The notes: a model not told the origin generated them from the letters alone. A DNA stretch of 64,000 nucleotides from Alphaproteobacteria bacterium (GCA_022822405.1 JAJEBT010000113.1:12500-76499), one strand, 5' to 3'. Numbered from the stretch's first letter, positions 23,795 through 33,833 are shown. Translations and numbers: made by a program.

Positions 23795-25612
23795 TCACTT
23801 GCGGGCCGCCTTCCCGCCCTGGTGCCACCAGCTCGTGATGTCCGGCCCGTATGCGGGATGCCCGGGTATTCCGAACCGGTCCCAGTAGGCGAGGCGGGTC
23901 ATGCGGATATGCCATTGCGGAATCACGTAGTGGTTCCACAGCAGAACCCGGTCGAGGGCGCGCGTCGCCGTGACCACGCCGGCCCGAGTCGGCGCCGCGA
24001 TGATCTTCTCGATCAGATCGTCCACCGCGGGATTGCGGATGCCGCCATGGTTCCGGCTGCCCTGGCGGCCGGCAGCGGCCGAACTCCAGTAGTCGCGCTG
24101 CTCGTTGCCCGGAGATTCGGACTGGCCCGCGCCGCCGACGATCATGTCGAAGTCGAACGCGTTGAGACGGTTGATGTATTGCGACTGGTCGACCGTGCGC
24201 ACGGAGGCGTCGATACCGAGACGCTTGAGGTTGCGGGCAAACGGCGTGACGATCCGCTCGAAGGCAGGCGAAACGAGCAGAATCTCGAACGATACCGGTT
24301 TCGACGTCACCGGAGAGATGAGGCGGTTCTCGCTGATCCGGTAGCCGTTCTCCTTGAGCAACCTGAGCGCCCCGCCAAGATTCCTGCGGACATTCCCCGA
24401 ACCATCCGTGGAAGGCGGTTCGTAAACCTTCGAGAAGACCTCGTCCGGTATTCGACCTCGCCAGGGCTCGAGCAGCGCAAGCTCCTCCGGCGACGGCGGC
24501 ATCCGCGCCGCCAGTTCCGAATTCGAGAAGAAGCTCTTGGTCCGGGCATACTGCCCGTAGAAGAGGTTCCTGTTCGACCACTCGAAATCGAATGCAAAGG
24601 CCATCGCCTCGCGCAGGACAGGATCGGTGAACTGCGGGCGGCGCAGGTTGAAGACGAACGCCTGCATGCCCGTCGGCCTGCGGTGCGGCACCTGTTCGAG
24701 CTTCACCCTGCCGTCGCGGCGCGCCGGAAAATCGTAGGCCGTCGCCCAGATCAGCGAGTTGTTCTCGATGCGGTAGTCATACCTGTCGGCCTTGAACGCT
24801 TCCTGCGCCACGGTCTGGTCGCGGTAATAGTCGATGCGGATGCGGTCGAAATTGTAACGGCCGCGATTGATCGGAAGGGCTGCGCCCCACCAGTCCGGCA
24901 CCCGTTCGAGCTCGACGAAGCGGCCGGTCTCGAAGGCCGCGATCCTGTAGGGTCCGCTGCCGAGCAGAGGATCCAGCGTGGTCCGGTCGAGGGGACGTTC
25001 GGCCCACCATTTCCGGGACAGCACCGGCAGCTGGCCAGTAATCTGCGGGAGCTCGCGATTGGGCGGACCGCTCAACTCGAACTTCACCTTGCGCTCGCCG
25101 ACCTTCACCGCCCGTGCAATGTTCTTGTAATAGAACCGGAAATGCGGCCTGCCCTTCTCCTTGAGCGCGTTCAGCGACCAGATCACGTCATCCACGGTTA
25201 TCGGCGTGCCGTCATGGAAGCGGGCCTCCGGCCGCAGGGTGTAGACGACCCAGGACAGATCGCCGGGCACCTCGACGCTCTCGGCAATCGCGCCGTATTC
25301 CGCTGAAACCTCGTCGGGTGCTGATGTGAGAAGGGTCTCGTAGACGAAGCCGAGCCCAGCTGCCGGCGTGCCCCTGACGCTGAACGGGTTGAAGGAATCG
25401 AAGGTTCCGATGGCGTGCTGACGCAACACGCCGCCCCTGGGCGCGTCCGGGTTGACGTAGTCGAGATGCCTGAAATCCGACGGATATTTGAGCTTGCCGA
25501 CCAGCGTGAGGCCGTGAGTGACCATGGCGCCGCCGTCTGCCGCCGGCACTCCAGACGGCGCGAGCGCCGATAGTGCGACAAGGATCGCGGCGGCCGTAGC
25601 GGACAGCTTCAT
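23795..25612 (-). CDS. yejA: YejA-like ABC peptide substrate-binding protein
   Basis: Signal peptide, YVNPDAPRGG, GTFDSFNPF, SPGNEQRDYW, RALDRVLLWNHY. Confidence 0.85.
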   Translation of the reverse strand: MKLSATAAAILVALSALAPSGVPAADGGAMVTHGLTLVGKLKYPSDFRHLDYVNPDAPRGGVLRQHAIGTFDSFNPFSVRGTPAAGLGFVYETLLTSAPDEVSAEYGAIAESVEVPGDLSWVVYTLRPEARFHDGTPITVDDVIWSLNALKEKGRPHFRFYYKNIARAVKVGERKVKFELSGPPNRELPQITGQLPVLSRKWWAERPLDRTTLDPLLGSGPYRIAAFETGRFVELERVPDWWGAALPINRGRYNFDRIRIDYYRDQTVAQEAFKADRYDYRIENNSLIWATAYDFPARRDGRVKLEQVPHRRPTGMQAFVFNLRRPQFTDPVLREAMAFAFDFEWSNRNLFYGQYARTKSFFSNSELAARMPPSPEELALLEPWRGRIPDEVFSKVYEPPSTDGSGNVRRNLGGALRLLKENGYRISENRLISPVTSKPVSFEILLVSPAFERIVTPFARNLKRLGIDASVRTVDQSQYINRLNAFDFDMIVGGAGQSESPGNEQRDYWSSAAAGRQGSRNHGGIRNPAVDDLIEKIIAAPTRAGVVTATRALDRVLLWNHYVIPQWHIRMTRLAYWDRFGIPGHPAYGPDITSWWHQGGKAARK

Positions 25613-25750
25613 GCCTGTCTCTCCCTGCTGCGAAAGGTTGGCCCGACGGCAGCGAATATACCGGCGCGGCGGCCGTCTTCATAACCGGGCTGCCGCCCGG
25701 GGCCGCCGCCGCCCGGACGCACCCCCGCCGCAGCGCGCCGGATATGGATC

Positions 25751-26125
25751 TCAGGGCTGGTCCGAGACATGGGCCGCCACGATTCGCCATCCGTCCGGGG
25801 TGCGGACCCAGCTCTGGCTCTGGCGGCTGACAGCGGCAGTGCCGGGTCGTGTCGATTCGGTGTTGGCGACGGCGAAGTCGCGGCCGAAGGTTACAATGCT
25901 CGTGTTTCTCAACGTGCGCGTCCACGGGCCGATGCCGCGGCCGCGGCGGAAGGCGGACAACGCCGCATGGCCGACGAGCGTGCCGTTGGGGCCGTAGCGC
26001 AGGGTCCGGGAATCGTTCCAGAAGAGTTCGTCGATCCCGTCGACATCGTCCGCAAGGAGCGCCTTCTCGTAGGCCATGAAGGCTTCCGTGACCTCGGCCA
26101 CGATCTCGGGAATGTTGACCTCCAT
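25751..26125 (-). CDS. HpxZ/AtzH-like (DUF3225) protein
   Basis: YEKALLADDVDGIDELFW..RYG..RQSQSWVRTPDGWRIVAAHVS. Confidence 0.85.
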   Translation of the reverse strand: MEVNIPEIVAEVTEAFMAYEKALLADDVDGIDELFWNDSRTLRYGPNGTLVGHAALSAFRRGRGIGPWTRTLRNTSIVTFGRDFAVANTESTRPGTAAVSRQSQSWVRTPDGWRIVAAHVSDQP

Positions 26126-26154
26126 GCTTCCGTCTCCCTTCCGCGGCCCGGCCC

Positions 26155-26934
26155 TCAGCCCGCGAGCGCCGCCAGGACCTCCCGGTGCAGGCGGGCGTCG
26201 CCGGCGGCGGCGATGTCGCCGGAGGAGTCCGCGTCGAGCGGCCTGCCGGACCAGTCGGTGATTGTCCCGCCCGCCTCCTCGACGATCGGCGCGAGCGCGC
26301 AGAAATCATGGAGTTTCAGGCCGGACTCGATGACGACATCGATCCGTCCCATCGCGAGAAGGCCGTAATTGTAGCAGTCGCCGCCGAACACGGCGTGCCT
26401 GGCCGCGTTCTCGACATGCTCGAAGCGCAACACCCCGCCGGGCGTGAACAGGCGCGGCGATGTCGTGGCGACCACGGCTTCGGCAAGCCTCGGACAACTG
26501 CGGACCGCCACCGGCTCGCCGTTGAACGCGGTGCCGCCGCCGCGGCATGCGATCCACCGTTCGCCGGAAACCGGCTGGTCGATCATGCCGAGAACCGGAA
26601 CGCCTCCCCGCATGGCGGCGACCAGCGTTCCGAAGATCGGACGTCCGGCGAGAAACGATTTGGTGCCATCGATGGGATCTATGACCCAGACGAACTCGGC
26701 GTCGGTGCGCTCGCCGCCGAACTCCTCCCCGACGATGCCGTCCCCGGGACGCTTCCGCGCGAGAAGCTCGCGGATGGCCTGTTCCGCTTCCCTGTCGGCG
26801 ACCGTCACGGGCGACGCGTCCTCCTTGTCGTCCACCCCTATCGGCGCCCGGAAATACCGGCGGATGACGCGGCCGCTCGCATCGGCCAGCGCATGCGCGA
26901 TCGCGGCGAACTCGGGAGGGCAGGTGGCGGACAT
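26155..26934 (-). CDS. hisN: Histidinol-phosphatase (inositol monophosphatase family)
   Basis: SPVTVADREAE, GEEFG, WVIDPIDGTKSF, GGDCYNY. Confidence 0.88.
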   Translation of the reverse strand: MSATCPPEFAAIAHALADASGRVIRRYFRAPIGVDDKEDASPVTVADREAEQAIRELLARKRPGDGIVGEEFGGERTDAEFVWVIDPIDGTKSFLAGRPIFGTLVAAMRGGVPVLGMIDQPVSGERWIACRGGGTAFNGEPVAVRSCPRLAEAVVATTSPRLFTPGGVLRFEHVENAARHAVFGGDCYNYGLLAMGRIDVVIESGLKLHDFCALAPIVEEAGGTITDWSGRPLDADSSGDIAAAGDARLHREVLAALAG

Positions 26935-26994
26935 CGGGCTGTCTGGCGATCTGCGGCGGCGCGGCCCCCGGGACCGCGCCCCCGAAAGCAGCCG

Positions 26995-27390
26995 CTAGCG
27001 TCGCGTCGTCGCGGCGATCATCTCGACCTCGACGAGGAACTTCGGATCGGCCAGGCCCGCAACCACGAGGAGTGTCGATGTCGGACGATTCTCGCCGAGA
27101 TATTCGGCGCGCAGCGCGGAATAGGCAGGGATGTTGGCGGGGTCGGTGAGGAAGTGGGTGATCTTGACGACGTCGCTGATCCTGAGGCGGTTGTGCTCGA
27201 GCACGGCGATACAGTTCGCCCATGCATTGCGTGCCTGGCCCTCGAAGTCGTCGGGCAGGTTGCCTTCGAAATCGATGCCGACCTGGCCGGCAACGAATGT
27301 CAGCTTGGCGTTCTCCGGGACCTCGACGCCGTGCGCGTAGAGACCGAGGGGCGGTTGCATGATTTCGGGATAAAAGGCGCGATTCTCCAT
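26995..27390 (-). CDS. RidA family protein
   Basis: VAGQVG, RPTSTLLVVAGLADPKFLVEVE. Confidence 0.88.
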   Translation of the reverse strand: MENRAFYPEIMQPPLGLYAHGVEVPENAKLTFVAGQVGIDFEGNLPDDFEGQARNAWANCIAVLEHNRLRISDVVKITHFLTDPANIPAYSALRAEYLGENRPTSTLLVVAGLADPKFLVEVEMIAATTRR

Positions 27391-27461
27391 GATGACCTCC
27401 TGTTGCGACGAGCGGGCGTCATTCTTCTATCCGAGCGGCAACGGCCTCACAACCCGGCGCG

Positions 27462-28946
27462 TCAGCCGTACCGCGCCTCGAGGTGGGCCTTGAACGCCGC
27501 GGTCCCCAGCGGCGCCCCGGTCGCGGCGGCCACCAGCTCGTCCGTCGTCGCGGACGACGCGCGCCCGTGCACATGCTCGCGGAGCCACGCCAGCAGCCCC
27601 GCGAATTCCCCCTTCGATATCGCGGCCATGAGATCCGGGACTTGCGCCTTGGCCGCGGCGAAGAGCTGGGCGGCGGCAAGCGCGCCGAGGGTGTATGTCG
27701 GAAAATATCCCCACGCTCCGTCGTACCAGTGGATGTCCTGGAGGCAGCCGAGCCGGTCGTCGGGGGGCCGGACACCGAGAAGTTCGAACAGCCCGTCGCT
27801 CCACGCTCCGGGAATATCGGCCACCGACATGCCGCCCTCGATCAGGGCGCGCTCGATCCGGTAGCGGAGGATGACATGGGCCGGATACGTCACCTCGTCG
27901 GCATCGACGCGGATCAGGCCCGGGGCGACGCGGGTATGCAGGAGATGGAGATTGCCCGCCTCCCAGGCCGGGCCGTCGCCGTCGAAGGCGGCGGCGATCA
28001 GCGGCGCCGCGAACTCGAAGAACTCCCGGCTGCGGCCGACCTGCATCTCGACCAGCAGCGACTGGCTTTCATGCAGCGTCATCCCGCGCGCCTCGCCCAC
28101 CGGCTGGTAGCGCCAGTCCCGCGGCAGGCCCATCTCGTAGAGCGCGTGGCCGGTCTCGTGGACAACCCCCATGATGGACTGCGAGAAATCGTCGTCGGCA
28201 TAGCGGGTAGTGACGCGCACGTCGCCGGAGGCGCCGCCGCAGAACGGATGAAGGCTGACGTCGAGACGACCGCGGTCGAAATCGAATCCGAGGGCCTCCA
28301 TGAGCCGCCGCGCCAGCACCTGCTGCCGTTCGACAGCAAATGCCGCGCATGGCAGCGGCAGCGGCCTGCGATCCTCCTGCACCGACAGCGCGCGATCCAG
28401 GAAACCGGGCAGGAACGCGGCGAGATCGGCAAACAGGCGGTCGATCATGTCCGTCCGCGCCCCCGGCTCGTAGGCGTCGAGCAGGGCCTCGTAGGGCGAA
28501 CATCCGAGCGCCAGCGCCCTGGCCTCCGCCTGCTTCCGGGTGAGATCCAGCACCTCTTCCAGGCGCGGCCGGACCGCCGCGAAATCGCTCGCCGGACGCG
28601 CGTGGCGCCATGCCATCTCGCAGGCGAGGCGTGCCCGGGTGGCGGCCTCGACGAGATCGGAATCGACGGCGACGGCGTGAATCCAGCGCCGCCGCATCTC
28701 GCCGAGATTGGCGCGCTGCCACGGATCCGCACCGCCGGTGCCGTCCGCCCGGTCGAGAAGTTCACCGAGCGCCGGATCGCTCTCCATCCGGTGGGTGACC
28801 TGTTTCAGCGCCGCAAGCTGCTCGGCGCGGCCGTCCGCGCCGCCCGGGGGCATCATGACGGCCATGTCCCAGTGGAGCATGCCGGCCGCCTCGCGGAGCG
28901 CGCCGATCTGCCGGTAGCGGGCCTCGAGTTCGCGATAGGGGTCCAT
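27462..28946 (-). CDS. Carboxypeptidase M32 family
   Basis: HPF, HETGH (HExxH), HESQS, IRVDAD, DIHW, GYFPTY; start MDPYREL. Confidence 0.93.
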   Translation of the reverse strand: MDPYRELEARYRQIGALREAAGMLHWDMAVMMPPGGADGRAEQLAALKQVTHRMESDPALGELLDRADGTGGADPWQRANLGEMRRRWIHAVAVDSDLVEAATRARLACEMAWRHARPASDFAAVRPRLEEVLDLTRKQAEARALALGCSPYEALLDAYEPGARTDMIDRLFADLAAFLPGFLDRALSVQEDRRPLPLPCAAFAVERQQVLARRLMEALGFDFDRGRLDVSLHPFCGGASGDVRVTTRYADDDFSQSIMGVVHETGHALYEMGLPRDWRYQPVGEARGMTLHESQSLLVEMQVGRSREFFEFAAPLIAAAFDGDGPAWEAGNLHLLHTRVAPGLIRVDADEVTYPAHVILRYRIERALIEGGMSVADIPGAWSDGLFELLGVRPPDDRLGCLQDIHWYDGAWGYFPTYTLGALAAAQLFAAAKAQVPDLMAAISKGEFAGLLAWLREHVHGRASSATTDELVAAATGAPLGTAAFKAHLEARYG

Positions 28947-28954
28947 GGCCCCTC

Positions 28955-29671
28955 CTATCTCCGGCGCAGGTGATAAAGCACGAAAATGACGACGAGCACC
29001 GCCGCCAGCGCAAACCAGGTCAGGGCGTATTCGAGATGCCGGTTGGATATCGTCCCGCGCGCGTCCTGCGGCTCCGGAAACCCCGTCCGGCCCGACGCCG
29101 GCAGCAGACGCACATGATACGGCCGCGCACGTTCCAGGCCGGCATGGGCGGACATCTGGGGCACGTCGACGAAGAACCACTGGCCGCCGGCGGGGTCGTT
29201 GTCCGGCAGCCACGAATTCAGGCGGCCGCCGGCGCGCAGCACGCCGACCAGCCCGTCACTGCCGTCCACCGGACGGACGGCAGGCCGGCGGCCAGCCCAC
29301 TCGAGCGGGACCCAGCCGCGGTCCACGAGGACCGAAGTGCCGTCGCCGAGCAGCATCGGCGTCACGAGCCCGTAGCCCGCCCGTCCGCGGCGCAGTCGGT
29401 TGACGACCAGCATTTCCCGGTCGTGAAGATAGCGGCCGGAGAGCCGCACCCGCCGATGCTCAAGCCCCTTCCAGTCCGCTTCCCGGATGTCTTCGATGGC
29501 AAGCGCCGGTGCCGCGGCCTGCGCCGCGCGCTCAGCGATCAGGCCCTCCTTCCACTCGAGGCGCTGCAGCTGCCAGACACCGAGGCCGATCAGCAAGGCA
29601 AGCGCCGGCACCGCGCACAGGGTCAGGCGGAGATCGAGGCGGAAGCGGCGCACCGGCGCCTCAGCAGCCAT
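28955..29671 (-). CDS. SURF1 family protein
   Basis: LGVWQLQRLEWK, VLVDRGWVP, NRHLEYALTWF. Confidence 0.92.
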   Translation of the reverse strand: MAAEAPVRRFRLDLRLTLCAVPALALLIGLGVWQLQRLEWKEGLIAERAAQAAAPALAIEDIREADWKGLEHRRVRLSGRYLHDREMLVVNRLRRGRAGYGLVTPMLLGDGTSVLVDRGWVPLEWAGRRPAVRPVDGSDGLVGVLRAGGRLNSWLPDNDPAGGQWFFVDVPQMSAHAGLERARPYHVRLLPASGRTGFPEPQDARGTISNRHLEYALTWFALAAVLVVIFVLYHLRRR

Positions 29672-30038
29672 CGCCGTACTCGTGGCGCAGGTTCCTGTAA
29701 TGGAGGGCGATCAGGACCCCCTTGAACAGGCGCAGCAGCACGATCGAAAGCCCCGAGATCAGGGGAATCCATACCGCCGCGTGGATCCACATCGGCGGCG
29801 CGAAGGCGACCTCAAGCGCGATCGCCAGGCCAACGACGACGGCGCCCAAGAACAGGATCACGAAGACGGCCGGCCCGTCGCCGGAATCGTGATTGGACAG
29901 ATCGAGTCCGCAGACGTCGCAGCGCGCCCGGACATCGAGAACCTTTTCAAGGAGCCGGCCCTTTCCGCAGCGCGGGCATCTGGCAGCCAGCCCCGTCGCG
30001 AGCGGTGACAGGGCCGGCCAGGAATGGTTGTCCGTCAT
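29661..30038 (-). CDS. DUF983 domain protein
   Basis: RCPRCGKG..CDVCGLD..DSGDGPAVFV..KGVLIAL. Confidence 0.88.
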   Translation of the reverse strand: MTDNHSWPALSPLATGLAARCPRCGKGRLLEKVLDVRARCDVCGLDLSNHDSGDGPAVFVILFLGAVVVGLAIALEVAFAPPMWIHAAVWIPLISGLSIVLLRLFKGVLIALHYRNLRHEYGDGC

Positions 30039-30082
30039 GACGGGGCCGGACGGTTGCCCGTTGCCGACATGTCCGGGTTCCG

Positions 30083-31279
30083 CTATTCCGCCGCCTGGGT
30101 GGCGACCTCGGCGTATCCGGGTTCCCATTGCCCTTCGCCGTGAAGCGCCATCGCCCCCGGCATGACCTCGCGGGCAAACAGCTCCATGGACCGCACCGTC
30201 AGTTCGCGCGGCAGCGAAGCGATCTGGAACATGCCGAGGAAATAGCCGAGGCCGACCCGTGCATGGCATTCTGCAAGTTTCTGCCCGACCGAATCCGGAT
30301 CGCCGACGATGATCACGTCGCGCTCCATCAGCGATTCGATGGAATGGGTCGAGACGAGGCTCGACTTGGTCTTCAGGATGCGCTTGTACGAAGCGACCGA
30401 CATGTAGCCCGGGGGCAGCAGCATTTCGGGGGTGTAGCGCAGGAGCTTGTTGAAGAACATCTCGACATGGGGCCGAGCCTCGTTGATCGCCGCCTCGCGG
30501 GTTTCCGCAACATAGACGGGTGCTGCCCATCCGAGCTGGCCGGAAGTTGCCGCATAGCCATTGTCATGGGCGATCTGCCGGTAGGCATCGTGGAATCTGA
30601 CCACGTTCTGGAACGGCGAGTAGGTCTGGAGATAGGTGTATTTGCGGTCCGGGTGGGCGGCCCACTCTATGGTCTCGCGCGAACCCTGGCTCGGCACCCA
30701 GATCGGCGGATGCGGCTGCTGGTATGGCCGCGGCCAGGTGTTCACGTACTCGAAATGATAATGCTTGCCCTCGAACGCGAACGGTCCCTCCTCGGTCCAG
30801 GCGCGGATGACGAGGTCGTGCGCCTCGTGGAAGCGCTCGTGGCTGAGGGCGGGATTGGAGCCGAGGGAATAGTATTCGCAGCCGAGCCCGCGCACCATGC
30901 CGCTGATCAGGCGGCCACCGGTGATGCAGTCGATCATCGCGTGCTCTTCGGCCAGCGTCTGGGGATGGTCGCGGATGCCGAAGGCGTTGCCGAGTATGGC
31001 AATCCGGACGCGTTCGGTGCGGCGTGCGAGCGCCGCGGCCATGACCACGGGCGAGGGCATGAGGCCGTAGGCGTTCTGGTGGTGTTCGTTCACGCAGACG
31101 CCGTCGAATCCCAACTCCTCCGCATACTCGATCTCGTCGAGATAGCGGTTGTAGAGCTCGTGGCCCTTCCGAGGATCGAATTTCGAATTCGGATAGATCA
31201 CCCAGCAGGACGGGTATTCCCGGTCGTACTCCGGGTCGAGATACCCGTAGGGCATCAGGTGGAACAGGTAGACCTTCAT
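30083..31279 (-). CDS. LLM class flavin-dependent oxidoreductase (tandem paralogue 2)
   Basis: FHLMPY, NEHHQNAYGLMPSP, GMVRG, HPPIW. Confidence 0.9.
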   Translation of the reverse strand: MKVYLFHLMPYGYLDPEYDREYPSCWVIYPNSKFDPRKGHELYNRYLDEIEYAEELGFDGVCVNEHHQNAYGLMPSPVVMAAALARRTERVRIAILGNAFGIRDHPQTLAEEHAMIDCITGGRLISGMVRGLGCEYYSLGSNPALSHERFHEAHDLVIRAWTEEGPFAFEGKHYHFEYVNTWPRPYQQPHPPIWVPSQGSRETIEWAAHPDRKYTYLQTYSPFQNVVRFHDAYRQIAHDNGYAATSGQLGWAAPVYVAETREAAINEARPHVEMFFNKLLRYTPEMLLPPGYMSVASYKRILKTKSSLVSTHSIESLMERDVIIVGDPDSVGQKLAECHARVGLGYFLGMFQIASLPRELTVRSMELFAREVMPGAMALHGEGQWEPGYAEVATQAAE

Positions 31280-31357
31280 CCGCTACGCACCTCCTCGCGC
31301 CTTCCTGGGCGGCAGCCGCAGGTTCCGGGAGTCGCCCCGCCCGGCCCGGGAAGCCGG

Positions 31358-32527
31358 CTATTCCGCCGCGACGCGCTCGGCGGTGCCGAATTCGCGCAGC
31401 GCGGGCATCACGTCGCGGGCGAAGCGGCGCATGCTGGCGACCGTCATGTCATGCTTCATGCTGGCGACCTGGAACATGCCGAGGAAGGTGCCGATGCCGG
31501 CTTCGGCATGGCAGTACTCGAGGCGCCGGCGCACGGTGTCGGGAGAACCGACGACCACGATGCCGGTCTCCATCAACTCCTCGAGCGACCGCACCTTCGA
31601 CAGGCCGCTCTTGTGCTTCATGACGTTCTTGTAGGAGCGAAGCGTCAGGTAGCCGGGCGGCAGGAGCATTTCCGGCGTCATGCGCAGGAACTTGTTGAAG
31701 AAGGCCTCCATGTGTGGCCGCGCTTCCTCGATCGCCTGCTCGTCGGTCTCGCCGACATAGATTGGCGCGGCCCACCCGACCTGCGAATCCACGGCCTCGT
31801 AGCCGTAGGTGTCGCGCGCCACGTCGCGATACAGATGGAGGAACTTCCGCACCGCGTCGAACGGGCTGTAGGTCTGCAGGTAGGTGTATTTGCGCTCGGG
31901 GTGCGCGGCGAACTCGATCGTTTCGAGAGAGCCCTGCGACGGGCACCAGATCGGCGGATGGGGCTGCTGGAACGGCCGCGGCCACACGTTCACGTACTCG
32001 AAATGATAGTGCTTGCCCTCGAAGGCGAAGGGGCCTTCCTCGGTCCAGGCGCGGACCACGAGATCGTGCGCCTCATGGAAGCGGTCGTGGCTGAAGGCGG
32101 GATTGGCCGCGAGGGAATAGTATTCGGCGCCGATGCCGCGGACCATGCCGCTGATCAGGCGGCCGCCGGTGATGCAATCGATCATCGCGTGCTCTTCGGC
32201 CAGCGTCAGCGGGTGCTCGCGGATGCCGAAGGCATTGCCCAGAATGGCGATCTTGGCGCGCGACGTGCGCCGCGCCAGGGCTGACGCCGGGACCACCGGA
32301 GACGGCATCAGCCCGTAGGCGTTCTGATGGTGTTCATTGACGCAGAGCCCGTCGAACCCGAGTTCCTCGCCGAGCTCAAGCTCGTCGAGATAGGTGTTGT
32401 AGAGATAGTTGCCCACCTTCGGGTCGAAGTTCGAGTTCGGATAGACGACCCAGGAAGCCTTGTAGTGCTTGTCGTACTCAAGATCGAGGTCCGCATAAGG
32501 CATGAGGTGAAACAGGAAGCACTGCAT
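31358..32527 (-). CDS. LLM class flavin-dependent oxidoreductase (tandem paralogue 1)
   Basis: Same motifs as neighbour; start MQCFLFH (32527) after GGAGAG. Confidence 0.9.
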   Translation of the reverse strand: MQCFLFHLMPYADLDLEYDKHYKASWVVYPNSNFDPKVGNYLYNTYLDELELGEELGFDGLCVNEHHQNAYGLMPSPVVPASALARRTSRAKIAILGNAFGIREHPLTLAEEHAMIDCITGGRLISGMVRGIGAEYYSLAANPAFSHDRFHEAHDLVVRAWTEEGPFAFEGKHYHFEYVNVWPRPFQQPHPPIWCPSQGSLETIEFAAHPERKYTYLQTYSPFDAVRKFLHLYRDVARDTYGYEAVDSQVGWAAPIYVGETDEQAIEEARPHMEAFFNKFLRMTPEMLLPPGYLTLRSYKNVMKHKSGLSKVRSLEELMETGIVVVGSPDTVRRRLEYCHAEAGIGTFLGMFQVASMKHDMTVASMRRFARDVMPALREFGTAERVAAE

Positions 32528-32768
32528 GACTCTCTCCGTTCTCGTTCCGGCGGCATCATAGTTTACCGTCGCGCGAATGGCCATAGTCCGCCGGGTCGGA
32601 ACCAACACGCCACGGTGCCCTCGAATAGTCCCGAGCTACCGGATCGCGCGACGCACCGCTTCTGGGCTGGGACCACATGCGCGCTTCCGAACAGCAGCTC
32701 TCGCCGCATCCCGACAGGGCTGTACGGAACCGAGTCCGATATCGCGCAGCAAAGCTCCTCTGCATCGC

Positions 32769-32796
32769 TTGACGTATCTCAATTGAGATGCATACT
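32769..32796 (+). promoter_or_regulatory. relBE promoter with palindromic operator
   Basis: TTGACG-N16-CATACT; perfect palindrome ATCTCAATTGAGAT (32776-32789) in the spacer. Confidence 0.65.
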
Positions 32797-32818
32797 CAAA
32801 CTGCCAAGGAGAAAACCG

Positions 32819-33118
32819 ATGCCGGCTCAGACCTCGATGCTCCATGTCCGCGTGGACAACGAACTCAAGACCAAGGCCGCCGACACCCTCGCCGGTGTCG
32901 GGCTGACCCTTTCGGACGCAGTACGCATCCTCCTAGCTCGCGTCGCTGCGGAAGGCGGGTTGCCGGCGGGGCTGACCGCCGATCCCGAAGCTCATGATGC
33001 CTGGTTCCGAGCCAAGGTACGGGAAGCGCTGGACGATCCGCGTCCAACCATCCCGCACGAGCAGGCCATGTCCGATATACAGGCGCTGATAGACAGAAAG
33101 CGCCGTGCGCGATCTTGA
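32819..33118 (+). CDS. RelB/DinJ family antitoxin
   Basis: MLHVRVD..GLTLSDAVRILL..EGGLP..HDAWFRAKV; AAGGAG RBS. Confidence 0.9.
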   Translation: MPAQTSMLHVRVDNELKTKAADTLAGVGLTLSDAVRILLARVAAEGGLPAGLTADPEAHDAWFRAKVREALDDPRPTIPHEQAMSDIQALIDRKRRARS

Positions 33119-33386
33119 ATGGAGTGCCGCGGCGACCGCCGATTTGACGGCGATCATCGACTATATCTCGGATGACAACCCCCGCGCCGCTCAGGTCCTT
33201 AAACAAGATATCCAAACCAAAGTAGCGGGCTTGCGCGAGAACCCACGGCTTTACAGAGTTGGTCGCATAGCGGGTACCCGCGAGATGGTTGTGCGTTCGA
33301 ATTACCTCGTCGTTTACGCCGAGGATGACCGCATCGTCACGATACTTCGAGTGCTGCACACGGCCCGTCAATGGCCCGAGGCATAA
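33105..33386 (+). CDS. RelE/ParE family toxin
   Basis: WSAAATADL..YISDDNP..GRIAGTREMVV..ILRVLH; overlaps antitoxin by 14 nt. Confidence 0.9.
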   Translation: MRDLEWSAAATADLTAIIDYISDDNPRAAQVLKQDIQTKVAGLRENPRLYRVGRIAGTREMVVRSNYLVVYAEDDRIVTILRVLHTARQWPEA

Positions 33387-33492
33387 AGGTCGCATGGGAC
33401 CACAGCGAGCAATGTAACCAGAATTCGTGCCCGCCAGTTCACTTGAAGGCACGACAGCCCGCATGATCGCCACTGCAGGCGGCGAGAATCGC

Positions 33493-33833
33493 CTAAACAG
33501 CCGCCCATCCGGTCGCGAGATCGACCCTGCCGCCACTGAGCAGGTCGAGCATCGCCCACTGTTCGGCGACGCGGATCGGATGATGCAGGGACAGTGCGTT
33601 GACCGTCTGCGCGAGGCGGATGCGCTCGGTGCGCGCCGCGACCTGGGCGAGCACGACATCAGGGCAAGACAGGACGCCGAGCGTCGAGAAATGACGCTCG
33701 CCGATCCACGCGGAATGCATGCCGAGCGCCTCGGCAAAGACCGCCTCCTCGGCGATGTCGCGGACTACTGGTTCGCCGTGCGGGTATTGGTCCTATAGTG
33801 GTTGTCGCTCGGCGTGAAGTAGCCGAATTCCAC
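33493..33833 (-). pseudogene. Frameshifted, 3'-truncated LLM-class oxidoreductase
   Basis: GTG 33833 reads MEFGYFTPSDNHYRTNTRTANQ then TAG; a shifted frame resumes VRDIAEEAVFAEALGMHSAWIGERHF..HHPIRVAEQWAMLDLLSGGRVDLATG and stops at 33493. Confidence 0.8.

Noticed and set aside
30128-32284. 718-aa ORF with an internal repeat
   Set aside because: Antisense read-through of the two LLM paralogues; the repeat just reflects their duplication.
30083-32527. True bioluminescence luxAB
   Set aside because: No luxCDE or luxG; sequences belong to a different LLM subfamily.
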